Positions 39,801 through 53,828 of a stretch of 64,000 nt of DNA are shown here, piece by piece. Within the stretch, counting starts at the first letter, position 1. Every line of letters begins with the position of its first letter. The stretch lies in NCBI RefSeq assembly GCF_009914755.1, contig NC_060947.1; one strand, written 5' to 3'. This stretch comes from the human T2T-CHM13v2.0 reference genome, Homo sapiens. The position numbers were made by a program, and so were the translations under genes. Under the pieces are notes generated by a model. It searched no databases. It worked only from the letters and a program-made list of their open reading frames with translations, and was not told where the DNA came from.

Positions 39801-42800
39801 TCTGGGACACAACAAAGAAGATATAAAGGTCATCTAAATTGGAAAGAAAGAAGTTAAATTATCCTTTTTTGCAGATGATATGATCTTACATGTGGAAAAA
39901 CCTAGACTCCACAAGAGAACTATTAGAACTGATAAATACAGTAAAGTTGCAGGATAAAAAATCAACATACAAAAATCAGTAGCATTTGTATATGCCAGCA
40001 GTGAAAAATCTGAAAAAGAAATAAAAAGTAATCCACTTACAATAACCACACATAATAATAAACACCTAAGAATTAACTTAACCAAAGACATGAACGATCT
40101 CTATAATGAAAAGTATACAATACCGACGAAGAAAACTGAAGAGGACACCAAAAAATGGACAAATATTCTATGTTCATGGATCAGAAGAATCAATATTGTT
40201 AAAATGTCCATACTATCCAAAGTAATCTACAGATTCAATGTAATTTGTATCGAAATACCAACGACACTTTTCACAGATATAGAAAAAAAATTTAAATTTA
40301 TATGGAACTACAAAGGACCAAGAATAGCCAAACACATTGTAAGCAAAAAGAACAATACTGGAGGAATCACATTACCTGACTTGAAATTATACTACAGACT
40401 GAGCTTTAGTAACCTAAACAGCATGGCACTTGTATTAGTCTATTCTCATGCTGCTATGAAGAAATACCCACAACTAGGTAATTTATAAAGAAACGAGTTT
40501 TAATTGTCTCACAGTTCTGCATTGCTGGGGGAGGCCTCAGGAAGCTTACAATCATGGCAGAAGGCACCTCTTCACAGGGAGGCAGGAGAGAGAGTGAGTG
40601 CCAAGCAAAGGGAAAAGCCCCTTATAAAACCATCAGATCTCGTGAGAACTCACTGTCATGAGCATAGAAGTCTTATGCAAGACAAGGCAAGTCCCTTCTG
40701 CCTATGAGCATGTAAAATCAAAAGCAAGTTTGTTACTTCCTAGATACAATGGGAGTACAAGCATTGAGTAAATACATCCTATACAAATGGGAGAAATTGG
40801 CTGAAACAAAGGGCTACAGGCCCCCATGCAAGTCCAAAATCCAATAGGGAAGTCATTAAACTTTAAAGTTTCGAAATGATCTTCTTTAACTCCATGTGTC
40901 ACAGCCAGGTCACACTGATGCAAGAGGTGGGGTCCCATGGATGTGGGCAGCTCTGCCCCTGTGGCTTTGCAGGGTATGGCACCCTCCTGGCTGCTTTCAC
41001 CAGCTGGTGTTGAGTGCCTGCAGCTTTTCCAGGTGCACAGTGCAGGCTGTCAATGGATCTGCCATTCTGGGGTCTGGAGGATGGTGGCCCTCTTCTCACA
41101 GCTCAACTAGGTACTGCCTCAGTGGGGACTCCGTGTGAGGGCTCACACCCCACATTTCCCTTTCACACTGCCCTAGCAGAGGTTCTCCATGAGGGCTCTG
41201 CTCCTGAAGCAAACTTCTGCCTGGACATACAGGTGTTTCCATCCATCCTCTGAAATTTAGGTGGAGGTTTCTAAACCTCAATTCTTGACCTCTGTGAACC
41301 TGCAGACCCAACACCACATGTAAGCCACCAAAGCTTGGGACTTGCACCCGCTGAAGCAATGGCCCAGGCTGTGCCTTGGCCCCTTTTAGCCATGGCTGGA
41401 ACTAAAGCAGCTGGGACACAGGGTACCATGTCCCGAGGCTGCATAGAGCAGGGGTACCTGGGCCTGGACCAGGAAATCATTTATCCCTCCTAGGCCTCCT
41501 GGTCTGTAATGGGAGGAGCTGCCATGAAGGTCTCTGACATGTCCTGGAGACATTTTCCCCACTGTCTTGATGACTAACATTCGGCTCCTCATTACTTATG
41601 AAAATTTCTGCAGCAGGCTTGAATTTCTCTGTAGAAAATGGGTTTTTCTTTTCTACTGCATTGTCAGACTGCAAATTTTTCAAACTTTTATGCTCTGCTT
41701 CCCCTTGAACACTTTGCTGCTTAGAAATTTCATCCACCAGATATGCTAAATGTTTTCTCTCAAGTTCAAAGTTCCACAGATCTCTAGGGTAGGGGAAAAT
41801 GCCACCAGTATCTTTCCTAAAGTATAGCAAGAATCACCTTCATTCCAGTTCCCAACAATTTCCTCATCTCCATCTGTGACCACCTCAGCCTGGACTTCAT
41901 TGTCCATATCACTATCAGCATTTTGGTCAAAGCCATTCAACAAGTCTCCAGGAATTTCCAAACTTTCCCACATCTTCTTGTCTTCTGTGCCCTCCAAACT
42001 GTTCCAACCTCTGCCTGTTACATAGTTCCAAAGTCACTTCCACATTTTCAGGTATGTTTACAGCAGCACCCCACTAGGCGGTACTAATTTACTGTATTAG
42101 TCCATTTTCATGCTACTATGAAGAAATACCTGAGACTGGTTAGTTTATTTAAAAAAGAGGTTTAATTGGCTTACAGTTCCACATGGCTGGGGAGGCCTCA
42201 GGAAACTTATAATGATGGTGGAAGGAACCTCTTCACAGGGCGCCAGCACAGAGTGAGTGCCAAGCGAAGGGAGAAGTCCCTTATAAAACCGTCAGATCTT
42301 GTGAGGACTCACTAACTATCATGAGAAAAGCATGAAGAAAACTGCCCCCATCATTCAGTTATCTTCACCTGGTCCTACTCTTGACGTGGGGATGATTATT
42401 ACAATTCAAGGTGAGGTATGGGTGGTGACACGGAGCCAAACTATATCAGTCCTGGCATAACAACAGACATATTGACTAATGGAACAGAAGAGATAACCCA
42501 GGAAGAAATACACCTACAGTGAACATACACTGGGGAAAAGAAAGTCTTTACAGTAAGTGGTGCTGGAAAAACTGTATTTCCATATGCAGAAGAATGAAAC
42601 TAGACCCCTATCTCTCTCCATATACAAAAATAAAATCAAAATGGAATAAAGACTTAAATCTAAGACCTCAAACTATGAAACTAGTACAACAAAATATTGG
42701 GGAAAATCTCCAGGACTTCGCTCTGGGCAAAAAGTTATTGAGCAATACCCTATAAGTGCAGGCAACCAAAGCAAAATGGAAAAATGGCATCCCCTCAAGT

Positions 42801-44025
42801 TAAAAAGGTCCTGCACAGCAAAGGATGCATTCAACAAAGTGAAGACAACTCACAGAATGGGAGAAAATATTTGAAAACCATCCATCTGACAAGGGATTAA
42901 TAATAAGAATATATAAAGAGGTCAAAAACTCTATAGGAAAAAAAATCTAATAATCCAATCAAAAATGGGTAAAAGATTATATATACCAACTACATAAAAT
43001 TTAAAAATTAAAAAAGGAAGAACCAAAAACACAGGCAAAATAAATGAACAGACATTTCCCAAAATAAGACATACAATTGGCAAATAGGCATATGCAAAAG
43101 TGCTCAACATTATTGATCATCAGAAAAAATCAAATCAAAACTAAAATGAGATATTATTTCACCCTAGTTAAAGTGGCTTATATTCAAAAGACAGGCAATA
43201 ACAAATGCTGGAGAGGATGTAGAGAAAAGGGAACCCCTGCACACTGTTGGTGAAAATGTAAACTTAACTTGTACACCATATAGAGTACAATTTGGAGATT
43301 CATCCAAAAAACTAACAATTGATCTACCACATGATCTAGCAATCCCACTGCCGAGTACATATCCAAAAGAAAGGAAAGCAGTATATCAAAGAGATGTCTG
43401 CCCTCCTCTTTGCTGCAGCACTGTTTACAATAGGTAAGATTTGGAAGCAACCTAACTGTCCATCAACAGATGAATGAATAAAGAATATGTGGTACTTATA
43501 CACAATGGAGTACTATTCAGCTATAAATAAGGATGAGATCCAGTCATTTGCAACAACATGGATGGAAGTGGAGGTCATTATCTTAAGTGAAATAAGCCAG
43601 GCACAGAAAGACAAACATGGCATTTTGGGATTGAAAAATCAAAACAATTGAAGTCATAGATATAGAGAGTAAAAGGACGGATACTAGAGGCTGGGAAGGT
43701 TAGTGGCGGGGGGAGGAGGTGGGAATAGTTGATAGATACAAAAAAAATAGAAAGTATGAATAAGACCTACTATTTGATAACACAACTAGGGTGACGATAG
43801 TTAATAACAACTTAACTGTACATTTTAAAATAGCTTAAAATTCTAATTGGATTGTTTGTAACTCAAAGGATAAATGCTTGAGGGGATGGATACCCCATTC
43901 TCCATGATGTGCTTATTTCATATTGCATGCCTGTATCAAAACAAGTCATGTACACCATAAATATATACAACTACTATGTACCCATAAAAACTGAAAATAA
44001 AAACTCATTTACAAAAATAAAAAAT
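36848..44025 (+). mobile_element. Long, internally deleted L1MA (MA2-like): 5' UTR, ORF1 and ORF2 remnants, 3' UTR; interrupted by THE1
   Basis: 5' UTR starts gaaggtggagcaagat. ORF1 remnant ~38520-39130. ORF2 peptides [27 protein letters not shown] and MKLDPYLSPYTKI. 3' UTR ggataaatgcttgaggggatggataccccatt and A-rich tail. Confidence 0.88.
40431..42448 (-). mobile_element. THE1 (C-like) MaLR provirus: complete 5' LTR 42093-42448, internal region, truncated 3' LTR 40431-~40665
   Basis: Two related LTR copies, both beginning tgtattagtc on the + strand, flank THE1-int sequence. Degenerate TSD gcact/gtcct within the L1 motif catggtactggcataa. Confidence 0.92.
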
Positions 44026-44714
44026 ATCAAGTAATATTTGAAGATACAGAAATGGGAAAAAGACATTTTAACCTACGGAAATACCACAACTGAAATCAAA
44101 AGATTTGGACTGTGAGGTTTCGTGGGGAACAGTAGTAAGTGGTTTTATGCACATGAAGCAGAGAGAATGTGAACAGGGGAAATAGGAAAGGAGTATTGGG
44201 TCAGATCCAAGAAGTGTCTCAATGCCAGAATAATGGCTTTGTATTTCATTCATTCTGCCATCAGTGGTGATCCATGGCAGACAACTGAGCAGGTTGGGGG
44301 AATCGGTGCTGTGACCAGAACGGCAAGTACAACATTGTACATAGCATCCTCTCCAATATAAGACATTTAGATACTTAATAATTCAGTACTAGGTTCAAGA
44401 ACAGAATTAACCAAGCTACAGATCCGATTGACAACTGATACTCGAAAAAAGACACAGAAATTTAATATCTGTGTTTTCCAAGTTTACATGGTCATGAAAA
44501 TCAACTAATGTGCTGGGGAGAAAAAAAAATAGAGATGTCTAAACCACCTCCAGGCTTCTCTGCCTGATAATTTATATTTTTAGCAATAAGTGCAGGTGAT
44601 TACTATGATCAGGAAAGTTTAGGAAATCCTGGTGTAATTCAATACAGAGAAAATGACAGGCATGGTTGCATAAGAATTCAACATTTTCATCCATGATTCC
44701 GTTCTTTTATTTCA

Positions 44715-45060
44715 AAAACAAAAGGAATGAGTCTTGCATCCTTGGCAAGGTGCTAGGAATTGGAGACGCAAGAGTGAGAAAGACAGAGCACCTGCTCTCT
44801 CAAAGCTTACATTCTACTATGAGGAAGGGACAACAGAAGTTATATAATAAATTCTTTACAATTATGTGGAATGCTGAATAAAATGTTAGTATGCTATGAA
44901 GGTGCATACTAAGGATATTTGACTTCTTTGAGGGTGTCTGAAGGTTAAGGAAATACAATTGAAACTGATATTTGAATTATAAATAGGCATTAGCTAAGTG
45001 AGGAGGTGGAACAGATAATTCCAGGCAAAGAGATGATCACTGCATCTGCCTGGACAGAGA
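44715..45060 (-). mobile_element. L2 3' region
   Basis: ggcaaggtgctaggaattggagac...cctgctctctcaaagcttacattcta. Confidence 0.7.
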
Positions 45061-45334
45061 GTCCAGAAGAATCCTAGAGCATTTCATGGAGACTTGGCTA
45101 CAGAAAAAGAGTTAAGCAGTCAACATGAGCTACAGCCCACACTGGTGACACACTGATATATACTCAATCTAAGTATGTGCCAACAAGATGGGACTCAGGC
45201 CTTGGCATAAGTCCCAGATTAGACTTCCGCCCTCCCCAAGCCTTGTGACCTTTCCCATGAAACCAATATGCTACAATACCGAGAGAACAATATTCTACTA
45301 TCTGACTCACATTTCTCACTTGAAAAATTTAAAC

Positions 45335-45770
45335 CAGTGCAGCATATTGGGAAAGTCTGTCAGCTTTAGAGCCAACAGACAAATTAAATCCAGCTTTATC
45401 ACTTGCTAACTATATGGTCTTAGGAAAGTCATTTAATCTATTTGAGCTTTCATTTCTCCAACTGTCAAACGGAATTAATAATAATCTCTATGGTATGGAA
45501 TATTTTGAGGATTCACTAAGGTAATACATACATAATATAGTGGATAAAAGCTCAAATCTAAACAGACCTATGATTGAATCCCATTTCTACCACTTACTTC
45601 CTGGGTGACATTGGGACAAGCTGACTTACCTTTTAGAGCTTCAATTTCCTCATTTGCAAAATGGTGATAACAGTGCATCCAATATGTTGTAAGGATTAGC
45701 AATAATGTGTGAGTACTGCCTCATCCAATGCCTGACACATAGGCAGTAATCTTCGAATGGTAGCCATGAT
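45335..45770 (+). mobile_element. Two tandem MIRs
   Basis: Two MIR cores, e.g. gaatcccatttctaccacttac...tttcctcatttgcaaaatgg. Confidence 0.7.
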
Positions 45771-47194
45771 TAACATTTTTGGGTATCAGTAGGATATTCT
45801 GCCTCTGATGAGTTCAAAAATAAATTTTGGAGCATGATAGGCAACAGGCCTGAACAGAGAGTCAGGAGCCCTTGGGCAAGTCATATTTTACTCTGAATTT
45901 TAGTTCCCGTAAGTGTGACATGAGGCAGTCATGCTTCTTAAACTACCTATAGCAAAGACTTTTTAAACTCAATACATCAAGACCAATACTTTTGCAAAAC
46001 ACAAAATCACAACCTTGGATGTCACTGCAATGCCAAATTGCTTTAGAACTTCCAAAGTGCTTACTCTCTTACTCTGCACTTCGTACATTGTGTACAGACA
46101 ACAGTCCAAGACCAGTCCATGGACACATACTGAGCAGCATTGGCCTAGATGATCTCAGGAGGTGCCTCCAGCTTGGACACGCTGGTGGCAAATGGAACTA
46201 ACACTACTTCACAACAACAGTATACTCTACACAGGAGAATTACAATCTGAACACCAGAAGGTCCAACAGTGTTTCTCTAAAGATGGCAAAAAGCCTGGCG
46301 GGCAACAGGCTGGTAATAGTTGTGATGTTCACCATCAAGTACTCACTGCTTGATGGGCTCATTCAAGACAAGAATTCAATCTCATTCATCTCTGAATTCC
46401 AGGGCCTATCACAGCGGACAACCCATAAAAATTTAATGGGTGAAATTAAATGGAGAGTTTTCCCAATTGTCATGATATTCAGGCTATTTCTGCCCTACAC
46501 AATGCCTACAGGTTTTGGCTCTGTGCAGCAAAACAATTTTGCGGGGAAGGAGAAAAAAATAATTAAGTGAAAGAGGTATGCGTAGTAGATGTGTACAAGG
46601 TATACGTGCCTGAAACTTCTGAGTATGTGCTAGTGATGGAGAGGACATGGCCAAATACATATGTAGATGTGTAGGGGTAACCAGGAATGTCTTGGGCCAA
46701 CAACTGTGGAGTGTGTGTACAAGAAAGGCAGCCAGCCCAGAATGGCACGTGTTTATATATGAATGGGTATGTTTGCTAGTGTGTGTGCCTACAGATGCAC
46801 GAACATGTTTTAACTATAAGAATGCCCTAAGCTGGGAGTTCAGATTAAAATTTACCCAGCTTTCCTTTTCATTGACAAGTTGTCTTTCACCATTATGTCA
46901 TAAGCTTTGTTAAAGCAGGAGGCTTTTGTATTCCCACTACCTAGAACAAGGCCTTACACATAGTAACCCTTCAATAAATATTTGTTTAAAGAATAAATTC
47001 ATGGAAAGCATTTAGCACAATACTTGCACACAGTAAATGGTCAGTAAGTGTCGGTCATTATTGTGGTTATAATGCCTTGAGTGTAGTAAGAGCTAAACAA
47101 ATGATAGTTGAATCTGAAATTCTAAATTCACAGTTGCCTATGTGGGTGATTTTATTTGTTCTTATTGGGATGTCTACCCAGCTATTTGTTTTTC

Positions 47195-47740
47195 TTTTTA
47201 AATAAGATTCATTGGGGTATAATTTATATAAAATACAATATACTTATTTTAGGTGACCAATTCAATGCATTTTGACAAATGTGTACTATTCATATAATCA
47301 CCATCACAATCAAGATATGAAATATTCGCATTATCTCAAAAAGTTCTCTCCTCCCTCTTTGGACTACTCACCTGCTTTCTGTCATTATGGGTTTGTTTTA
47401 CCTGTTCTTAATTTCATGTAAATTTCACATATACTCTTTTATGTCTGGCTTCTCTCACCCAGGAAAATATTTTTGAGATATGGTTAGTGTGGGTATCTGT
47501 ACATCATCACTTTTTGTTCTGTTTTATGGATATGCCACAATTTCTTTATGCATTCACCTCTCATTAGACAGTTGGACTATTTTTAGTTTTGGGATATTAA
47601 AACAAAGCTGCTGCATAAATCTTAGCATAGCCATATGCCTTAATTTCTCTAGGGTAAATGTCTAGAAGTGGAATGACTGCATAATATGCTAAGTGTATTT
47701 TTAACTTTAAGAGAAATTGTCAAATATTTCCCCAAAATAT
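47195..47740 (-). mobile_element. L1MB/ME-type 3' end
   Basis: caattcaatgcattttgacaaatg...accatcacaatcaagata...ctagaagtggaatgactg. Confidence 0.75.
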
Positions 47741-48984
47741 TTGTAGAAAATAAAATCATACAGGATATCTGTTTGTGGCCATGATGGAGTAAGTGGTAGA
47801 GTACTTGCTTTCACACAGTAAATGAGTAAATTGGACAAAACAAATAGAACAGCTGCTTTCAGATATTGAATATCAGGCAGCAGTAAAATGAGTGTTCTGA
47901 GAGAAACAAACCAATTTAGCCCTATGATCACTCTGGTGTGGCACACAGTAGCCCTTGGCTAAATATTTCTAGAACATTATCCATCATTACATGTTAGTCA
48001 TCATTATAACTAGCATAATGGCTTGCACAGAGTAGGAGTTCAAAAGTGATACTTGAATCTAAATCAAACTTAAGCAGTTTCGTATATGGACTTATTCTAT
48101 TACTTTAGTGCCTTAAAAAACTTAGCATTTTCAGCAATGTCAAACCTGCATAAAAGTGGCAAAAATGTTGCAAAGAACTCCTGTGTATGCTTCTTCCAGA
48201 GACCCCATTCAAGTTTCATCAACCGTCTCAATAATACCTGTGATGGTAAAAGAATCCAATCCAAAACCACAGGTACATCCTATTGGTATATCCTTCCAAT
48301 CTCTTTTAATCTGGAATAATGCCTCAGTCTTTCCTTGATTTCCATGTCCTTGATTTTCTAAAGATTACAGATAAATCAATTGGTAGAATGTCTTTCATTA
48401 TGAGTTTTTCTAAAGTTTCCCAATGATTAGATCTAAGCTATGCATTTTCTATTGGACCATCAACAGTAATGGTATGTTCTCGTTTCACCCTATCAGATTT
48501 GATTCATCAGCCTAAGGCACTGTAAAATTTTGGTCACTTGATTAACTTGGTGTCTACCCTGTTCTTCTAGTGTGGAGTAAGTTTGTTTTCTTCTTCATAA
48601 GGTGTAAGTCTATGTTGGGGGTGGAGGGGAAGATACTATTAAACTATGTAAAATCCCATCCATCATCCCATTTTCTCCTGATAGTTTTAGCATCTGTTGA
48701 TGCTTCTAACCTGAATTAATTTTATGATGGTTGACAAATGATTACTTTATAACCTGATCATTTCTTTTACACATACTAGTTAATCATCTATTATAAGAAA
48801 GGGCCTTGTCTTTCACCTATTTATTCATTTATTTAAAACTGAAAAGATTCATTACTATGTTTAGTGGACTTTAATACGTTACCACCATTATATATATAGA
48901 TGCTCAAATTGTCCTGGATTTAGCCAATGTGAACCTCATCAAGCTGACATTTGCATCCTTTTGAAATATCTTTATTCATTACAT

Positions 48985-49023
48985 CAGTTAAGGTTCTTCA
49001 GAAGAAATAGAAGCAACAGGATG

Positions 49024-49085
<62 letters not shown>

Positions 49086-49389
49086 CTTATTAATTGGCTC
49101 ACATGATTATGAATGATGAGAAGTCCTATGACCTCCCTCTGCAGGCTGGAGAGCCAGTAGAAAGGCAGAGAAAGCAAATTCTCCCTTATTCTTCCTTTTA
49201 TTGTATTCAGGCCACTAATGGATTGGATGAGGCTCACTCATATTGTGTAGGGTGATCTGCTTTACTCAGTCTACAAATTCAAATGTTAATCACACCCAGA
49301 AACACATATATACATCCAGAATAATGATGAACCAAATATCTGGGTACTCCATGGTCCACTCAAATTGCCAGAGAAAACTAGCCATTACA
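48985..49389 (-). mobile_element. MLT2 (ERVL) LTR containing a (TA)n(GA)n microsatellite (49024-49085)
   Basis: aattggctcacatgattatg...ggattggatgaggctcactcatattg...ctgctttactcagtctac...ccattaca. Confidence 0.85.
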
Positions 49390-49541
49390 CTGATAATTCT
49401 TAGGGCATTCTTTTATTACTTTCTCTTATTTTGGGAACCATAAGAAGGCTCCAGGTTCATCTCGTTATTTTCTGGCCCCAATTCGAGATGCAATCATTTC
49501 TCACAATGGCTCTGGCTCCTTTTATTGGACAGTGAGTGGTA

Positions 49542-49810
49542 CAGTAGCTCGCCCTTATCCACGGAGGATATGTTCCAATATCCCCAGTGGATTCCTGAAA
49601 TCACAAATAGTACCAAACCTTATATATACTATGTATTTCTTATACATTCATACCTATAATTAAGATTAATTTATAAATAAAGCACAGTAAGAGATTAACA
49701 ACAACTAATTATGTGAATGTGGTCTCTCTCTCCCTCTCTATCTCTCTTAAAATATTTTATGGGTAAATGAAACCTCAGAAAGATAAACCGTGGATAAGGA
49801 GGGACTACTG
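49542..49810. mobile_element. MER44 (Tigger7-derived MITE)
   Basis: TIRs cagtagctcgcccttatccacgg and ccgtggataaggagggactactg. Confidence 0.85.
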
Positions 49811-49899
49811 TGTCTATAAACCAAGATTTGGATGCTAGATGTCCTTACTGCTACCATGGTGTAACTGTTCCCAGGGCTGCTCAATGAACTGAGTTAAAA

Positions 49900-50130
49900 A
49901 ATGTATGTGTGTATATATGTGTGTTTATATGTATGTATATTTACATATTTATATATACATATTTATATCTATATTTATTTCTATATTATGTATGTACATA
50001 TATGTACTTATATTTATATATAATATATAATTTATTGCATAATTGATTTATACATTATATATGTTGATATATGTAAAAATATTATTCCTATATTATTTTT
50101 ACAATAATATTATTTTTAAATAATATTATT
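49900..50130. repeat. AT-rich low-complexity tract
   Basis: Seen directly. Confidence 0.85.
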
Positions 50131-51630
50131 AGAGAACAAGGGAATACATTCATAAACTTATAGCAAACTGATTTTCAACAACGGCACCAAAAACACACAT
50201 TGGGAAACAGACAGTCATTTCAATAAATGGTGCTAGGGAAACTGGATATCTACATGCCGAGGAGGGAAACTAGACCCCTATCTTTCACCATACACAAAAA
50301 TCAACTCGAAATGAATTAAATAGTTAAATCTGACTCCTGAAACTATGAAACTACTAGAAGGAAACCTAAAGGAAATGCTTCAAGACATTTGTCAAGGATT
50401 CATTTGTTCAAGGATTTTTTAAATAAAGAACTCAAAAGTACAGTCAACAGACACAGAAGTAGACAAATGGGATTACATTAAACTAAAAAGCCTAAAATTC
50501 TTCTGCACAGCAAAAGAAACAATCAACAGAATGAAAAGACAATCTACAGAATGGGAGAAAATATTTGCAAACTAAGCATTTGACAAAGAATTAATATCCA
50601 GAATATTAAAGTACTCGACCAACTCAATAGTCAACAAACAATAATAATAATAATCTGATTTTAAAATGGGCAAATGACATGGAGAGACAATTCTCTGAAG
50701 AAGACATACAAATGGCCAATAGATATATGAGAAAGTGTTCAACATTATTAATCATCAGGGAAGTGTGAATCACAACCACATTGAGATATCATCACACACA
50801 TCTCAGAATGGATATTATCAGAAGGAAAAAAAATAACAAATGCTAGTGTTGAAGTGGGGAAATGGGAGTTCTTATACATTGTTATTGGGAAGGTAAATGA
50901 TTAAAGGCATTATGTAAAAAACAGTAAAACTAAAAATAGAACTACAATATAATCCAGCAATACAACTATTGAGTATTTATCAAAAGAAAATGAAATTAGT
51001 ATTTTGAAGAGATATCTGCACTCTCATGTTTATTGTGGCACTATTCACAATAGCCAAGATATGAAGTCAACATAAGCGTCCATCAACAAATGAATGGATG
51101 AAGAAAATGTGGTATAGATACATAATGGAATATTATTCAGTCATTCAAAAGAAGAAAATCCTGCCATTTGTGACAGCATGGATAAATTTGAAGACATTAT
51201 TTTAACTGAAATAAGCCAGGCACAGGAAGACAAATACTGCATGATTTCATTCATTTGTGGAATTTTTTTAAAGCCGATCTTATAGGACTGCATGCCAGAG
51301 GCTGGAAAGGGTGGGGTTGAATGAGGAGATTGGTCACAAGTACAAAATTAAAGAGAAAAAGGAGGAGTAAGTTCTGGTGTTCTATTGCACAATAGGGTCA
51401 CTATAGTTAATAATATTGTATTGCATATTTCAAAGTAACTAGACGAGAGAGTTTTGAATGTTCTTACCACAAACAAACGATAAATGTGTAAGGTGATGGA
51501 TAAGCTATTTACCCTAATTTGATCATTACACAACGTATACATGTATAGAAACATAACACTGTATCTCATAAATATGTACAATTACTTTGTGTCAATTAAA
51601 AATAAAATAAAACAAAAAAGTAAATAAAAA
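50131..51630 (+). mobile_element. 5'-truncated L1MA (MA4/5-like)
   Basis: ORF2 end (caataaatggtgctagggaaactgg), 3' UTR taagttctggtgttctattgcac, and A-rich tail. Confidence 0.88.
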
Positions 51631-51679
51631 TTACATTTTGCAAAGGAGTTTGTGTTTTAGGAAGACGTATGAAAGCAAG

Positions 51680-51890
51680 GTATGAGGTGGTGCAAAATCA
51701 TGAGACTTAGCCTTGCTACTATTTAGCTGGGAGACCCAGAGCTAGCCATTTAACCTCTCCGAACTTTCTTCTGCATTTGAAATATGAGCTATTACCATTC
51801 CTATGCTCAAAATGTTGCTGGAAGAATTAAATAAATGATAAAGGTGACCTACCTAAAACAATGTATGAAATATAGCCTCAGTGCATAATA
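51680..51890 (+). mobile_element. MIR SINE
   Basis: gctactatttagctgg...atttaacctctc...gaagaattaaataa. Confidence 0.55.
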
Positions 51891-52834
51891 TCAGAATCAA
51901 ATAACTTGCAGTATGAGTATTAGATTAGAGAGATGGGGAGACTAGCTAGGCTGCTATTGCAGTAGTTCAACTGAGAAAGTCTTAGGCACAAACTGGGGCG
52001 ATAGGAATGGAAAAGAGGGGACACAAGTAAGCAATGCTAATCTTGAAAGTGGACAGGGAGAGAAGCAGGGGAACTTAGGAAGGGATCTAAGATGCCTGCA
52101 GTCTCTCGTGTAGATGGCTGAGAATGGTGCAAAAAATGAAACAGATAGAGTAGGTGCCTGTGGAGGCATGGTGTGCGTGCCTGCACTTAGAGACAACATC
52201 TCAAATGACTGTTCATTCTATGATATTGTCAATACTTATTTATGTTCTTCTGTCAAGCTCTATAGTTGGAACATGGCATCACTATATCCTTGGCCAACTC
52301 CTGTTGGTGAGTCCTCTTTGGAAATTTCTAGTGAGAGTGTGATATGAGACAAATATCCATTTTTTTCCCCATGGTTCATTTTTTCCTTACCTTTTCCTTT
52401 ATTTGCCTCTTCTTGTCATCATAAGGTTAAGGTCTTGAGAGTCTATACTTGAGTGTGGGACAAGGTGGTCACTTGGCCAAATTTCAGAGTAGGATGAGTC
52501 CTGGCCTTTAATCTAGGAGAAAAAGGTGTTTCTGAGGTTCACACGCAGGTTTTCATAAGTCATCATTCATAGGGCTTGTTGGCTATATGTAACGAATATT
52601 CATTGACTGCATTCTATGTATATAGACATATGCACGTGCGTGTGCACACACACACAGATATATACAATTTAATCACTGAATCTTTACAATATTCCTGAAA
52701 AATAGGTACAAGTATAATCGTAGCATGGCTGATTATGAGTATGTAGAATTTCAGGTGTGGAGGAGAGAAAAGAAACGCGTAAAAGAGGGATATGGAGGGT
52801 TAAAGCAAGTTACAATATGAGATTGATGCCCATG

Positions 52835-53215
52835 GCATCCCTCGCTGAGAAGGTGACATTTGAGTAAAGGAAATAAAGGAGCAAGCCTTGGGCTCTCTCA
52901 GGGAAGGGCTCTCTACAGAGAGGGAACACCAAGTGCCAAGGTCTGAAGCAGGGGCTGCCTGGCATGTTTAAGGAGCAGCAAGAATTTCATTCTGGCTGAG
53001 GTAGCATATGAGCGAGGGGAAGACAAGTATAAAGTGAGGTCACGGAGGTAAAGACAAACAGCTTGGGTGGGACTTGATAGATGTAAGGACTTTAGCATTT
53101 TCTCTGAGTGAAATGGGAGCCACTAGAAAATTTTGCAAAGACTGACATGACTTAACTTTCATTTTAGTAGGTTCATTCTCGCGGCTGTATTCAAAATACA
53201 ATGGGATGAGGAGGG
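52835..53215 (-). mobile_element. L2 fragment
   Basis: ctgagaaggtgacatttgag...tgtaaggactttagcattttctctgagtgaaatgggagccact. Confidence 0.8.
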
Positions 53216-53343
53216 TGAGGAGAGAGGCAGATGGACCAAGCTCCCAAAGGTGATGAAAGCTTGAAAGCTAATATCTAGTGTACCTGTTATTAAGTTATTG
53301 CCTCTAAACTCCAAAATTCCTGTGGTTTCTGTCTCCTGATTGA

Positions 53344-53828
<485 letters not shown>

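Larger units (their letters stand above)
48140..49900 (-). mobile_element. Old L1MC/MD-type 3' UTR fragments hosting MLT2 and MER44
   Basis: tttaatctggaataat, ttgtcctggatttagccaatg and ataaaccaagatttggatgctag. Boundaries approximate. Confidence 0.55.

Noticed and set aside
38520-43450. L1 ORF1/ORF2 as active coding sequence
   Set aside because: Multiple stops, frameshifts, large deletions and a THE1 insertion.
50100-50131. aataatattatt palindromes
   Set aside because: Expected within AT-only low-complexity sequence.
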